This document shows positions 26,729-38,899 of a stretch of 64,000 nucleotides of DNA, in pieces (positions within the stretch are counted from its first letter, which is position 1; each line of letters begins with the position of its first letter). The notes under the pieces are model-generated. The model saw only the letters and a program-made list of their open reading frames with translations, did no database searches and was not told the origin of the DNA. The translations under genes were made by a program, and so were the position numbers. This DNA comes from Octopus vulgaris. Its lineage: Eukaryota. Location: positions 72,106,001 to 72,170,000 of the forward strand of contig OX597831.1 in the NCBI GenBank assembly GCA_951406725.2, given 5' to 3'.

Positions 26729-26930
26729 GTGTGTGTGTGTTTGTGTGTGTGTGTTTGTCCCCCTAGCATTGCTTGACAGCCGATGCTGGTGTGTTTACGT
26801 CCCCGTCACTTAGCGGTTCGGCAAAAGAGACCGATAGAATAAGTCCCGGGGTCGATTTGCTCGACTAAAGGTGGTGCTCCAGCATGGCCGCAGTCAAATG
26901 ACTGAAACAACTAAAAGGGTAAAAGAGTAA
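26527..26930 (+). mobile_element. tRNA-derived SINE family A, full length, with an internal microsatellite
   Basis: Head is AGGCGCAGGAGTGGCTGTGTGGTAAG...GGTTCAGTCCC (A/B boxes); tail is GGTGCTCCAGCATGGCCGCAGTCAAATGACTGAAACAA. Other copies lie at about 5455, 11135, 24770, 30430, 36755, 39618, 40847, 46050, 47208, 51470, 53078 and 61545. Confidence 0.9.
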
Positions 26931-26984
26931 GCTTTTAAGGGTTTTTTCTTTTTCAAAAAAAACTATCAGCCACCCATTATGTTT

Positions 26985-27271
26985 CTAGCTTCGGATTGTT
27001 CGTTTTTTATTATAAATATCGTCGTACAAATAATTCTTTTGGCTGTTAAATTTACAAATCTTGTTTGCAGGTACTTTACAAAGAAACCCATTCTGAAACT
27101 CTTGAGCAGTCATCGTTTTACCCTTGATGATTCTCTGAAAGGCCACCCAACCATCGAGGCACTTAATCATCAAACAGTTAGCTTTCTTGTAATGTAACAC
27201 AGTTCCAGGGTGAACGTCGTCTGAGGAATTTACCAATAGCTTCTGCTTCAGTAACGAATCGACATGGTATT
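26985..27271 (-). CDS. MTFMT: MTFMT terminal coding exon, 287 bp to the TAG stop
   Basis: Long polypyrimidine tract and AG, phase 1 start. Encodes ...PGTVLHYKKANCLMIKCLDGWVAFQRIIKGKTMTAQEFQNGFL..., matching PGSVIYHK...CKDGW....K.LTA.DFYNGYL. The seven exons sum to 897 nt with no internal stop. Confidence 0.93.
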
Positions 27272-28091
27272 CTAAAAGAAGAAAAAGAAAAAAAAGAATG
27301 AATGAATGAACAGGATGAAGAGAAACAGAGAGATAAGAAAATGTTTAGAGATAAACGGAATTATTGTTAGAGGGAAACGACATGGCAGAAAGTTTGTGAA
27401 GGCTAAGACAAGGGTAGCAGGGTGGCAGGAAGTTAGCAGGGATGTAAATATTTATTGTGGTAACATAAATATTGACCAATGGGATATCAATGGTCTCCTG
27501 TGCAATATTAATATGTGAGTGTGTGTTGTGAGTGAATATATATATATACGTGGCGAGCTGGCAGAACCGTTAGCACGCTGGGCGAAATGCGTAGCCGTAT
27601 TTCGTCTGCCGTTATGTTCTGAGTTCAAATTCCGCCGAGGTCGACTTTACCTTTCATCTTTTTGGGGTCGATAAATTAAGTACCAGTTACGCCCTGGGGT
27701 TGATATAATCGACTTAATCCGTTTGTCTGTTCTTGTTTGTCCTCTCTGTGTTTAGCCCCTTGTGGGTAGTAAAGAAACATATATATACGCATGCACACAC
27801 ATATACAAATATGTATACACATATATATGTATGTATACATATAAATATAGATACATATAAGCACATATTCTTCTACTTGTTTCAGTCATTTGACTGCAGC
27901 CATGCTGGAGCACCATTATAAAGGGTTTTAGTCAAAGAAATCAATTTCAGGACTTATTCTTTGTAAGTCTAATACTTATTTTATCGGTGTCTTTTGCCGA
28001 ATTACTAAGTTATGGGACCGCAAACACACTAACATCTGTTGTCAAGTGATGGTGGAGGGACAAACACAAAGCCCCACACACACACGACGGC

Positions 28092-29330
28092 CAGTGGCCT
28101 GGGAATGAAATTTGTTTAGCGGGTGCAAACTCAGTTCCAAAATTTTTTGCAAATAAGGCCAGCTAATTTTTTTTCAATCTTAATATCAAAACAAACACAG
28201 GTATGATAATATTTTTCATTATTATACATGGAAAAGTAATGATTCAAATCATTCTAAAAATTTTTCTATGCTCCCTTGTTTTCCAAAAGGATTTTCAAAG
28301 TGTTTTCATGGCCCAAGTTTTTATGTAGATGCCTTACAGCACAGTGTGTCAGACAGTGTTGCATCATTGTGGTATGGAGTTAGATCTTCAAACAGCAAAG
28401 GGTGTTGAACATTCCTTCAGACACTGGCTTGCAACATGATGACATTCTCATCACAAAGGCTTGTCCACAGCACTTTCAGAAGAATGGTGATTTGGTGAAC
28501 AAAGTCCAATACATCAGTGATCATGACAACTGTAGATCCAACTTCTTGGAGAACAAGGTCCAGAGAGTGGTTTCTGCAGTGTATAAGATATATTCCAGGA
28601 AGCATCTTTTAATCTCTTTTGTATGCCTGAAATGTTTCAACTCATGGTACATGCACCATCAAAGGCAAAAGCAGCATAATTTTGAGCCCAGCTCAATGTT
28701 TAGACGATAAAAAAACATCCAGAATAATGTTAGTTAGTGTCTCTGAAGAGTAGTCCGGAGAAAATCTTTGTGGATATCCTGGTTTTAAGAAACAATGACA
28801 ATAACTGGTCCTTGTTTCATGCCAGAACAATCACATATAATACCAATAAACATGATATCTTCAACAATTTTTCTGATCTTATGTAGGGTGTTATGAGTAT
28901 ATGCCTCAAAGATTTCATTTTGTATGGTATCAGATAGGAAATTAATTCATTGTTTAAGCAGCTGACTTAGTTCAGTACCACATTCATCAGAAAGTTCTGT
29001 TATGAAATTTACAAAGTCTCCTGTGACATGTGTTAACTTTCTCTTCAAAGATGGAACTTGTAACTCCTTTTATCTTTGACTAAGACTCTTCCTTGATCCT
29101 TCAACAATGAAACGGCAAACTGCAGTTATCTTTTACAAAAAATTTCCTTAATTCATTAATCATGAAAGTGCTAACCACTATTATCTTTCACTAAAGATGG
29201 TCTTCAATTCTTCGATGAACTGGTAACTACTAATATCCTTTATTAGAGATATTCCTTAATTTTTTTTCTCTTCAAAGACGGAATCGTTGGCTCACATGGA
29301 AACCTTTGCTCAATGACATATGATCAACAT
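28092..29330 (-). mobile_element. Degenerate hAT (Tip100/ZMYM1-like) transposase relic in the last MTFMT intron
   Basis: CAGTGGC terminus at 28092. Fragments read YLIHCRNHSLDLVLQE (CxxH motif), AFAFDGA and SDTIQNEI. Confidence 0.75.
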
Positions 29331-29678
29331 ATTCGGCTATTCTAGAAACAGCTGTAAGAAACTGTACAAATCATTTCTTAATCCCTTATTTACTACAACT
29401 ACTCTGCAATTATGTTTGAATAAAAAAATTAACATGCTCTAAAGTGATGCCAGATGCTTTACTTGTTCATCTCTCTTTCTGATATATATCTGGCAGCTCA
29501 ATGATGAACCACTTATAGCCATCTTTGATAGGCAGCTTCAACAACACCTTCATTTCAGCTGCCGTTCAAGCTGGAATTTTAGAGGGAAACCAACTTGAAC
29601 ACTTAAATTTCACATCTATTACATTACGTCATTAGACAAAGTTTTTTTTAAATATATATACACACACTGACATATATA

Positions 29679-30150
29679 TTGGGTCATCTCATAAATAATG
29701 CAGTTTTTTTATACTTCTTTTATTTTTGAAAATTAAGATAAACAACCTTTTGCAATCTAAAATATACTCTCCTTCATTTTCTACAGTACTCTTCTATCTA
29801 TTTGGTAGACTTACAAGGCCCCTCTTCCAAAATTCATTTGCCCATGATGAAAAATTCTCCTCTAGTAATGTTAGGGTTAGGGTTCTGACCTTTCCTACAG
29901 AATTCTTATTTTTTCCGTCCAAATGATTTTGAAGACTGCGGAATAAATGATTATCAGATGGAGCAATGTCTGGCAAATTTGGTGGGTGATCTTTTCCCAT
30001 TCAAATTGCTCCAGCCTTTCGAATGTTATCCTCATTGTATGTGGCTGAGCATTGTCCTGATGGAAGAACACCTTTCATCTTGAAACCAAAGCTGGTCATT
30101 TTTTTTCTAGCACTGACTTAAGCCACTCAAGGTGCTCATTGTTGATCTCC
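29679..30150 (-). mobile_element. Mariner 3' fragment with one TIR
   Basis: HQDNAQPH and HPPNLPDIAPSDNHLFRSLQNHL. Terminus is TA|TTGGGTCATCTCATAAATAATG. Confidence 0.85.
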
Positions 30151-30631
30151 TTTGTTATCATTTGGTTGTCAAGTGGTGGTGGTGGTGGTGGTGGTGGTGG
30201 CGACAGACAAATGCAGACACAAAATCATACACGCACAGATATATACACACACACACACATACACGATGGGCTTTTTTCAGTTTCTGTCTACCAAATTCAC
30301 TCACAAGGCATGAGGTTATAGTGGAAGACATTTAGCCTAGGTACCATGCAGTGGAATTGAACCTGGAGGCATGCCTGCAGTTATCTATATATAGTCATAT
30401 ACATACACACATATATGTACATATACATATCTCTTTTACTTGTTTCAGTCATTTGACTGCGGCCATGCTGGAGCACCGCCTTTAGTCGAGCAAATCGACC
30501 CCAGGACTGATTCTTTGTAAGCCCAGTACTTATTCTATAAGTCTCTTTTGCCGAACCGCTAAGTGACGGGGACGTAAACACACCAGCATCGGTTGTCAAG
30601 CAATGTTGGGGGGACAAATACAGACACACAA

Positions 30632-30694
<63 letters not shown>

Positions 30695-31380
30695 TATATA
30701 CGGCGGGCTTCTTTTCAGTTTCTGTCTACCAAATCCACTCACAAGGCTTTGGTTGGCCTGAGGCTATAGTAGAAGACACTGGCCCAAGGTGCCACGCAGT
30801 GGGACTGAACCCGGAGCCATGTGGCTGGTAAACAAGCTACTTACCACACAGCCACTCCTGCGCCTATGTACATCTCACACATACATCATCATCATCATCC
30901 CGTGTTTTAAATCTAGGTTTTGTCCCTGTTAACGAGGGTGGCCGGATCTACCTCAATGCCATAGCAACTGAGGCAGGCAGGTGCAGCTCACCCCAACCAT
31001 TAGGTGGGCTGGTGTCCATTCTCCCTTGCTACCATGAGGCTTTTTTGGAGCTGGATTTTCTTCATATCAATGCAAAACATGGAAAGACATACATATACAC
31101 ACACATACGTGTGTGTGTGTATGTGTGTGTGTGTGTGTGTGAGGACGCACACGCATGTGCATGTGTGTGTATGAAAATGTGCTGGAAAATATAAACATGA
31201 TAGGTACTGAAACAACAAGATGTGCTGAATATTCTAAGATAACTTTCCACTTTATTTTACAAACTATCTACAAAATATCTCTTGTATTTTCTTAGCATTA
31301 TAAAAAAAAGATAAACACAAAATTTCATTTCAGAATATTACAGACAATGAGCAGAAATAGAAAATGATCGTTATTAGCAG

Positions 31381-31424
<44 letters not shown>

Positions 31425-32524
31425 CACCCACACACACACACACGCACACAGTGTGTATCGTAGGCTGTCTGCGAATATCAATGATGATGGTTTATATTAC
31501 ACTTCACTTCAAAGAAGCTGTGATGTACAAATGGTGTTCACTTGTCAAGAAATCTTGAACAACAGGTATTCAAAGTGTTTTTAGGGACTAAATTATCTAC
31601 CAATATGTCAATATGTCCATTCACTAAAAATAAAAATAAAACTTAAAAAAAAACACACAAATAGGGTGTGATTTGAGGAAAACTTAGCTACTATTTGGAA
31701 GAGACCATGTGATTACACAGAAGTTTCCTTGGGTATTCTGTAATTGTAGAGTGAAAGTATGTTATTCTATTTAGTTTTGTGCATGCTTTGGCTTTGGGAT
31801 AGGTAAACTGTGCCACTGCATGTCATAAGAATCAACTACAACACTATAAAACTCTGCATCAAGAAAATCTGTCCAAACCCTGCCTGTGTGGGAAAGTGGA
31901 CATAAAGCAACGATTATGATGATGACGGCGACAGTGACAATGATGACATGAACTAGTTTTGTAGTATCTCATTGTTACCAATACAAGATCGGCCAGCATG
32001 GAAGTGTCTTGTTTGTATGGTTACTCCAACAGTTAAAGTCAAGAACTTTACACAAGCACTATCCGACTCGTGGCCGATGCCTCCACTGGCTTCCGTGCCG
32101 GTGGCACGTAAAATACACCAATCTGACCGTACGACAGGCACCCATGCCAACCCCCTTGCTTGCGAAGACATGTTGGGGCAAGCGAAATCGAAATCGAATT
32201 GAACCAGCCAGGATCCCTAGTCTGGTGGTACGTAAAAAGCACTATCCGACTCGTGGCCGATGCCAGCACCCCCTCGTTTGGCTTCCGTGCAGGTGGCACA
32301 TAAAATACACCAATCCGACCGTGGCCGTTGCCAGCCTCGCCTGGCACCTGTGCAGGTGGCACGTAAAAAGCACCCACTACACTCACGGAGTGGTTGGCGT
32401 TAGGAAGGGCATCCAGCTGTAGAAACACTGCCAGATAAGACTGGAGCCTGGTGCAGCCTTCTGGCTTTCCAGATCCCCAGTCGAACCGTCCAACCCATGC
32501 TAGCATGGAGAACGGACGTTAAAC

Positions 32525-32570
<46 letters not shown>

Positions 32571-33219
32571 TTTGTACCTGAATACATGAAATTAACATTG
32601 GTTATCTGAAGTTTATTCAATGGTTTGCAAGTTTGTAATTTAATGGTGAGAATAAACAATTTAATTTTAGTGTGTTTTCTTGTAATATATTTTTAAAGCC
32701 AGTTTATAAATTGGGTGTAAAATATGCTGCATTTCAAGAGATTTCTGATAATATGTCAACTATTCTATATTTCAGCTGCATTTTATTCAAACAGTATCCT
32801 CTGTGTGTATGATGGCATTGACATCAATGCATGGAGCATCAACAAGATAACTAAGAAAACATTTACATGATGATGGAAAAACAGTTCTGGTCATTGACTA
32901 ATGTCATCTTTTTAATTCTTAGTCTAGTGTTTTTAATAATTTTTGTTTCCTTTGCGGTGAGTTGTGCCTGTGGTGGTACTGATTTTGTTCCTGTAACAAT
33001 GATTTCAAATTTTAGCACAAGGCCAGCAATTTCAGAGTAGGGGGATAAGCCAATTACATTGACCCCAGTGTTTAACTGGTACTTATTTAATCAGCCATGA
33101 AAGGATGAACGGGCAAAGTCAACCTTAGCAGAATTTGAACTCAGAATATACTGACGGAAGAAATACTAAATGCTGTTAAGCATTTCGCTGACATGCTAAT
33201 GCTTGTGCCAGCTCACTCC

Positions 33220-34815
33220 GTGAGTGTAGTGGGTGCTTTTTACATGCCACTGGCACAGGTGCCAGCGGAGGCTTGCAACGGCCACGATCGTACAGTTTCC
33301 ATTTGATTTTTTTGATGTTGATAGTGATGTACTTGACTCAATAGGTCTCCTCAAGCACAGCAGGTCGCCCTACGATCCAAGGTAAGTACAGCAGGCCATC
33401 CTGCGATTCAGGGCACTTTGGAAGGGCTGGGGCTTCTATGTGAAGCTGGTGCAGGAAACAGCCATGAACTTACATTATTTGTTGGGTCTTTGCAGTCACA
33501 GCATATCTCCAAAGGTCTCGGTCTTTCGACATTGCCTCTGTGAGACCCAATGTTCGAAGGTCATGCTTGACCACCTCATCCCATGTCTTCCTGGGTCTAC
33601 CTCTACCCCAGATTCCTTCAACTGTTTGGGAGTGGCACTTCTTCACACATCTCTCCTCATCCATCCATAGTACATGACCATACCAACACAGACGTCTCTC
33701 TTGCATGCCACATCCAATGCTTCTTATGTCCAGTATTTCTCTCAGGACACTTACACTCTGTCATGTGTGCACACTAACATTACACATCCAGCGGATCATG
33801 CTAGCTTCATTTCTTTCAAGCCCACGCATGTCCTCTGCAGTCACAGCCCATGTTTCACTACCGTGAAGCATGGCTGTTCGCACACATGCGTCATACAATC
33901 TACCTTTCACTCTGAGTGAGAGACCCTTTGTCACCAGTAGTAGTAGGAGCTTTCTAAACTTTGCCCAGGCTATTCTTATTCTAGTGGTAACACTCTCTGA
34001 GCATCCACCCCCACTACTAACTTGGTAACCTAGGTAGCGGAAACTATCAACTACTTCTAGTTTCTCCCCCAGGAGCGTAATGGAATCTGTTTTCTGAGTA
34101 TCAATGGTGTCTATTTCCCCTGTGCATCTGTCGCACATGAAAGCTATCTTCTCGTGATTTTTCCTTTGAAGGTGCTGCACCTCTTATGTGTCCATAGCTT
34201 ACACTGGGTTTCTACCTGGAGTTTCTACCTACACCTTTTCTACAGATCGAGCAGGGCCACCTACCTGAAGGGGTGTGTGGTGTGTTTGCCTTCCTACTTA
34301 CTAGAACTTTGGTCTTTGCTACATTGACTCTAAGGCCTTTTGATTCTAAACCTAGCTTCCACACCCAAAATTTCTTTTCTAGTTCCGGTAGTGATTCTGC
34401 TATGAGGGCCAGGTCATCAGCATAGAGGAGCTCCCAGGGGCAACCCATCTTCAATTCCTCTGTTATTGCCTGGAGGACCCCTACTTCTACCCGGAATTCT
34501 TCACTATACTCATTGCAAATCCTAACCTTGCTAACAGCCTCTCTGTATAGGGCCTGTACAGCCCTTATTAATCATTCGTCAATCTCCAGTTTTCATATCG
34601 CCCACCAGATACGGGATCGGGGGACCCTGTCAAAGGCTTTCTCCAAGTCCACGAAAGCTATATAGAGGGGTTTATCTTTAGCTAGGTACTTCTCCAGCAG
34701 TTGTCGAACCAGGAATATAGCATCAGTGGTGCTTCTACTCGGCACAAAACCGAACTGCATCTCATCTAAGCAAACTCTCTCCCTCTCTGTGACCTTCATC
34801 ACCTGATCCAATAGT
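33220..34815 (-). mobile_element. RTE-clade LINE fragment (RT and C-terminus)
   Basis: QFGFVPSRSTTDAIF, AFVDLEKAFDRVPR, LLYADDLALI, FRYLG, LHGSETW, RRLCWYGHV and GRGRPRKTW across frameshifted ORFs. The 3' UTR matches repeat family C. Confidence 0.92.
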
Positions 34816-34943
34816 TTATACTCATATATATACAAACATTCATATATACACGATATATACATATGATGAACTTCCTCATAGTTTTCATTTATATGTGTGT
34901 GTGTGTGTGTGTGTTTGTGTAGATTATATATATATACACTTAC

Positions 34944-35016
34944 CTTTTGCGGTTTCATTATCAACCATGTCTAATAACTTCACAACTTTGCAATCCCAAA
35001 TTGTTTTCAAATAGAC
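34944..35016 (-). CDS. MTFMT: MTFMT exon F, 73 bp
   Basis: ttccAG acceptor, GTAAGT donor, phase 0 to phase 1. Encodes VYLKTIWDCKVVKLLDMVDNETAK(E), matching the L.T.W....IKLLD.V region. Confidence 0.9.
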
Positions 35017-35602
35017 CTGGAAATACATCACCATCACATGAAAAAAATAACCAGAAATTATCCCCCAAAAACTATGTCAATGTTACCCACCCAACAACAA
35101 CCTCTATTTTATTTTTGTTTTTGTTGTTATTAAATTTTTTCCTATGACAAGGGAATCTGCAGGCCCTGCTAATACAACTTCTAAAAGCCTTCACCTGAAT
35201 TTCACAACATCCTATTTTGTTCTCAGATGACACTAAAAACTAAAATCATCATTTTCAAATCCCATAAGAGTAGATACCAGTCATATACTAGGGCCCAATA
35301 CATAAAGGCATTCCCAGCTGTTTATATGCATACATACATATGTCATGCAAATTGGCACCCATACTGGTGGCATGTAAAAGCACACTGGTGTCGCACAAAT
35401 GGCACCTATGCTGGTGGCACATAAAAGCACCCATTGCACTCTCAGAGTGATTGGCGTTAGGAAGGGCATCCAGCTGTAGAAAACCATGCCAAATCAGACT
35501 GGAGCCTGGTGCAGCCTTCCAACATGCCAGCCTGGTCAAACCATCCAACCTATGCCAGCATGGACAACAGACATTAAATGATGATGATGATGATGATGAT
35601 GA

Positions 35603-35641
<39 letters not shown>

Positions 35642-35644
<3 letters not shown>

Positions 35645-35796
35645 CAAAATAGAAAATTACCCTTTAACAGGTAATTTTTACATGCTAGAAATAGCAGCCA
35701 ACACGGCCAAAAACCACAATTGTGGTTTTTGGCCGTGTTGGCTGCTATTTCTAGCATGTAAAAATTACCTGTTAAAGGTAATTTTCTATTTTGAAA
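35642..35796. repeat. Spacer-less palindrome with about 77 bp arms, in an MTFMT intron
   Basis: Centre is CCACAA|TTGTGG at 35719/35720. The arms are complementary except for a 1 nt indel. It starts right after a TA run. Confidence 0.92.
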
Positions 35797-35867
35797 AATG
35801 AATATGTTGTCTATTGACTATTTATACATGCTGGGCCACTGATGGTGATATTTATAACGAATATTCG

Positions 35868-35905
<38 letters not shown>

Positions 35906-36638
35906 TGTATACATTCAAATGCATAGATATATGCATACATACACATATATATATATATATTTATGCAATAGGGCTCACTTTAGCTTTAGTCAACCAACTT
36001 CACTCACAAGGCTTTGATTGGCCTAGGGTTACATTAGAAGACACTTGCCCAAGGTACCACACAGTGGGACAGAACCCAAGACCACGTGTTTGAGAAGCAA
36101 TTGCCTGAAAAATTTAAGATGAGATGATTACAGCTGAAATGCCTTTTGATAATCACTCTATCTATACAAGCGGGTTTGACCTGGGGTTAACACCACCACC
36201 ACCACCACCACCACCACCACCACCGCCACCACCACCACCACCAGTCACAACAACAGCATCAGTAAATTAATGTGAAATATTTTCCTGACATGTCTTAAGA
36301 TCCATTCATTTTGGAACAAAGAAAAATGTTTGGCACCTCCTGTTTTCGTTCTCCGTAGCCAGCTGCCATCTAACTGTAAACAACAGCGATATACCATATA
36401 ACTGATGGGATATTTTCTATGCCTGAGAGCTGAGTTCAAATCCTGCATTTGACAGAGTGAGTCTGTGATAGATTGGCATCCTTTGAATTGCAGACAATTT
36501 TGCTTAAAAGAGTAAAAGTTGGCCGAAAGCTTCACCCACCAACCAAACCATCATACTCACACACACATCATTTTCATTTTTTCATTTTCATCTAGTTTCA
36601 GCTCACGAGCTATCGCCACGCTGGAGCACCGCCATTTG

Positions 36639-36744
36639 AAAAATATGGAATGCTTCACGAATTTGCATGTCATCCTTGCGCAGGGGCCATGCTAATTTTC
36701 TCTGTATCATTCCAATTTTAGTATATGTATTGCCGAAGCAATAC
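36639..36744 (-). pseudogene. U6: U6 snRNA retrocopy, full length (106 nt), inside an MTFMT intron
   Basis: Minus strand reads GTATTGCTTCGGCAATACATATACTAAAATTGGAATGATACAGAGAAAATTAGCATGGCCCCTGCGCAAGGATGACATGCAAATTCGTGAAGCATTCCATATTTTT. The 5' UUCG hairpin, ACAGAGA box and AGC triad are present. It has three CpG-type transitions relative to canonical U6, and its upstream flank is a SINE tail rather than a Pol III promoter. Confidence 0.93.
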
Positions 36745-37894
36745 ATATGCATCTATTCTTTTATTCTTTCATTTGTTTAGATCATTTGACTGCGGCCATG
36801 CTGGAGCACTGCCTTTAGTTGAGCAAATCGACCCCAGGACTTATTCTTAAGTAAGCTTAGTACTTATTCTATCGGTCTCCCATGCCAAACTGCTAAGTTA
36901 TGGGGACATAAACACACCAGCATCGGTTGTCAGGCGATGTTGGGGGACAAACACAGACACACAAACATATATACGATAGGTTTCTTTCAGTTTCCGTCTA
37001 CCAAATCCACTCTCAAGGCTTTGGTCGGCCCGAGGCTATAGTAGAAGACACTGGCCCAAGTTGCTACATAGTGGGACTGGACCTGGAACCATGTGGTTGG
37101 TAAGCAGGCTACTTACCACAAAGCCACTCCTGTGCCTATGGGATCTACTACCATTATAAACACCATCATTTTAATGTCCATTTTTCCATGATTGCTAAGG
37201 GTCATACGGACTCTGTTGAGACAGATTTTCTATGCCGGGTTGCCCTTCCTGTTGCCAATCGTCTCCTTTTCCCAAATAAGGTAATAATATTTCCGCATGG
37301 CCAGATATGTTTATCACAGAAAAAGGCTTTGGAAACCAGTTTATTCTTTCAGGCATGGCTCTGTGGTAAAAAGCTTGCTTCCCAACCACATGGTTCCAGG
37401 TTCAGTACCACTGTGTGGAACCTTTGGCAACTATCTACCACTATAACCTCAGGCCAACTACAGCCAAAGAGTGGATGTGGTAGAAGGAAACTGAAAGAAG
37501 CCTATTGTATGTGTGTGGGAGTGTGTCTTCATGCTAGTGTTAGACCCCCACCACTGCTTGACCACCAGTGGTTGGTGTATTTATGTCCCTGTAACTTAGC
37601 AGTTCAGCAAAAGAGGAAGGATAAGTCCCATGCTTAACAAAACAAAACAAAAAAATAACTACTGGGGTCAATTCATTCGATTAAAATACTTGACGGTGGT
37701 GCCCCAGCATGGTCGCAGTCTAATGACTGAAACAAGTAAAAGGAAGGTAAACGAAGATATACACACACAAACGTATTCAAATATACACATACACACACAC
37801 ATATACGAATATTTTTACACATATACATATGTGTGCACACACACACATATATAAATATATATGTATATACATATATATATGTGTGTGTGTGTGT

Positions 37895-37933
<39 letters not shown>

Positions 37934-38082
37934 AATATATATACATAAATATATATATGTGTGTGTATATATACATAAATATATATATATATATACATAA
38001 ATATATATATACATAAACATATATATGCATAAATATATATATATATATGTATAAGGGTGAAAAGGAACACACGAGTTGATAT

Positions 38083-38400
38083 ATATGAAAAAACAAGTCA
38101 AAAATAGAAAATGCTAAAATAATTTTATAGTGAACATTTCAGTACCGGTTTCGGTCATTTTGAGACCTTTTCAACTGTAACAAGTGCAAACAAGGGAGTC
38201 AGAGAAAGGCAGAATGCCACTTAAATCTGAACACTACTATAGAAATATTCTTTTAAAAAAACTTTTCTTCTAATTTTTCTAAATTTAATTATTTAATCGT
38301 TACAGTTGAAAAGGTCTCAAAATGACCGAAACCGGTACTGAAATGTTCATTATAAAATTATTTTAGCATTTTCTATTTTTGACTTGTTTTTTCACATATA
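38083..38400. repeat. Inverted repeat (about 98 bp arms, about 118 nt spacer), each arm carrying a U3-A8 hammerhead
   Basis: Plus copy at 38303-38340 reads CAG-TTGAAAA-GGTC tcaaaat GACC-GAAAC CG GTA-CTG; an identical minus copy lies at 38140-38177. TA runs flank the element. Confidence 0.85.
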
Positions 38401-38440
38401 TATATATATATATATATATTTTACATATAGGTGCATATAC

Positions 38441-38514
<74 letters not shown>

Positions 38515-38807
38515 TATATATATATATATATACATACATTATGCATGTGTGTGTGTGTGTAAAGAAAATTATCCAAAACAGTTGGAGCTGTAGGTTGCTA
38601 TTTAGTGTTTGATCAATTACATCAGTGTCATAAGCCAATTCCAACAACAACAACAGCATCAGCACCAACATCAACAGCAAGAAAAGGAATCGTATCAATG
38701 GCAGCAGCAACAACAACAACATCACCGGCTTACCCATCCATCTTCAAACAGATAAGCTATTATCCAGACAAGAGTGTATCGGAGGATGTTCGTATTAAGA
38801 ATCTTAC

Positions 38808-38899
38808 CCTTTCGTGGAAAGCTCTGTACTGTCTATCAATCATATCACAGGTCTGCTCTTCCCAGTTGATGTATGTCATCTCTGTGGTGGGTTTGTGTG
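38808..38899 (-). CDS. MTFMT: MTFMT exon E, 92 bp
   Basis: AG acceptor, GTAAGA donor, phase 1 to phase 0. Encodes (A)HKPTTEMTYINWEEQTCDMIDRQYRAFHER, matching APK....IKWEEQT..QI.R.YRA. Confidence 0.93.

Noticed and set aside
36639-36744. A functional U6 gene
   Set aside because: It has CpG-type substitutions at conserved positions, a SINE tail in place of an upstream PSE/TATA, and a fused retroposon tail.
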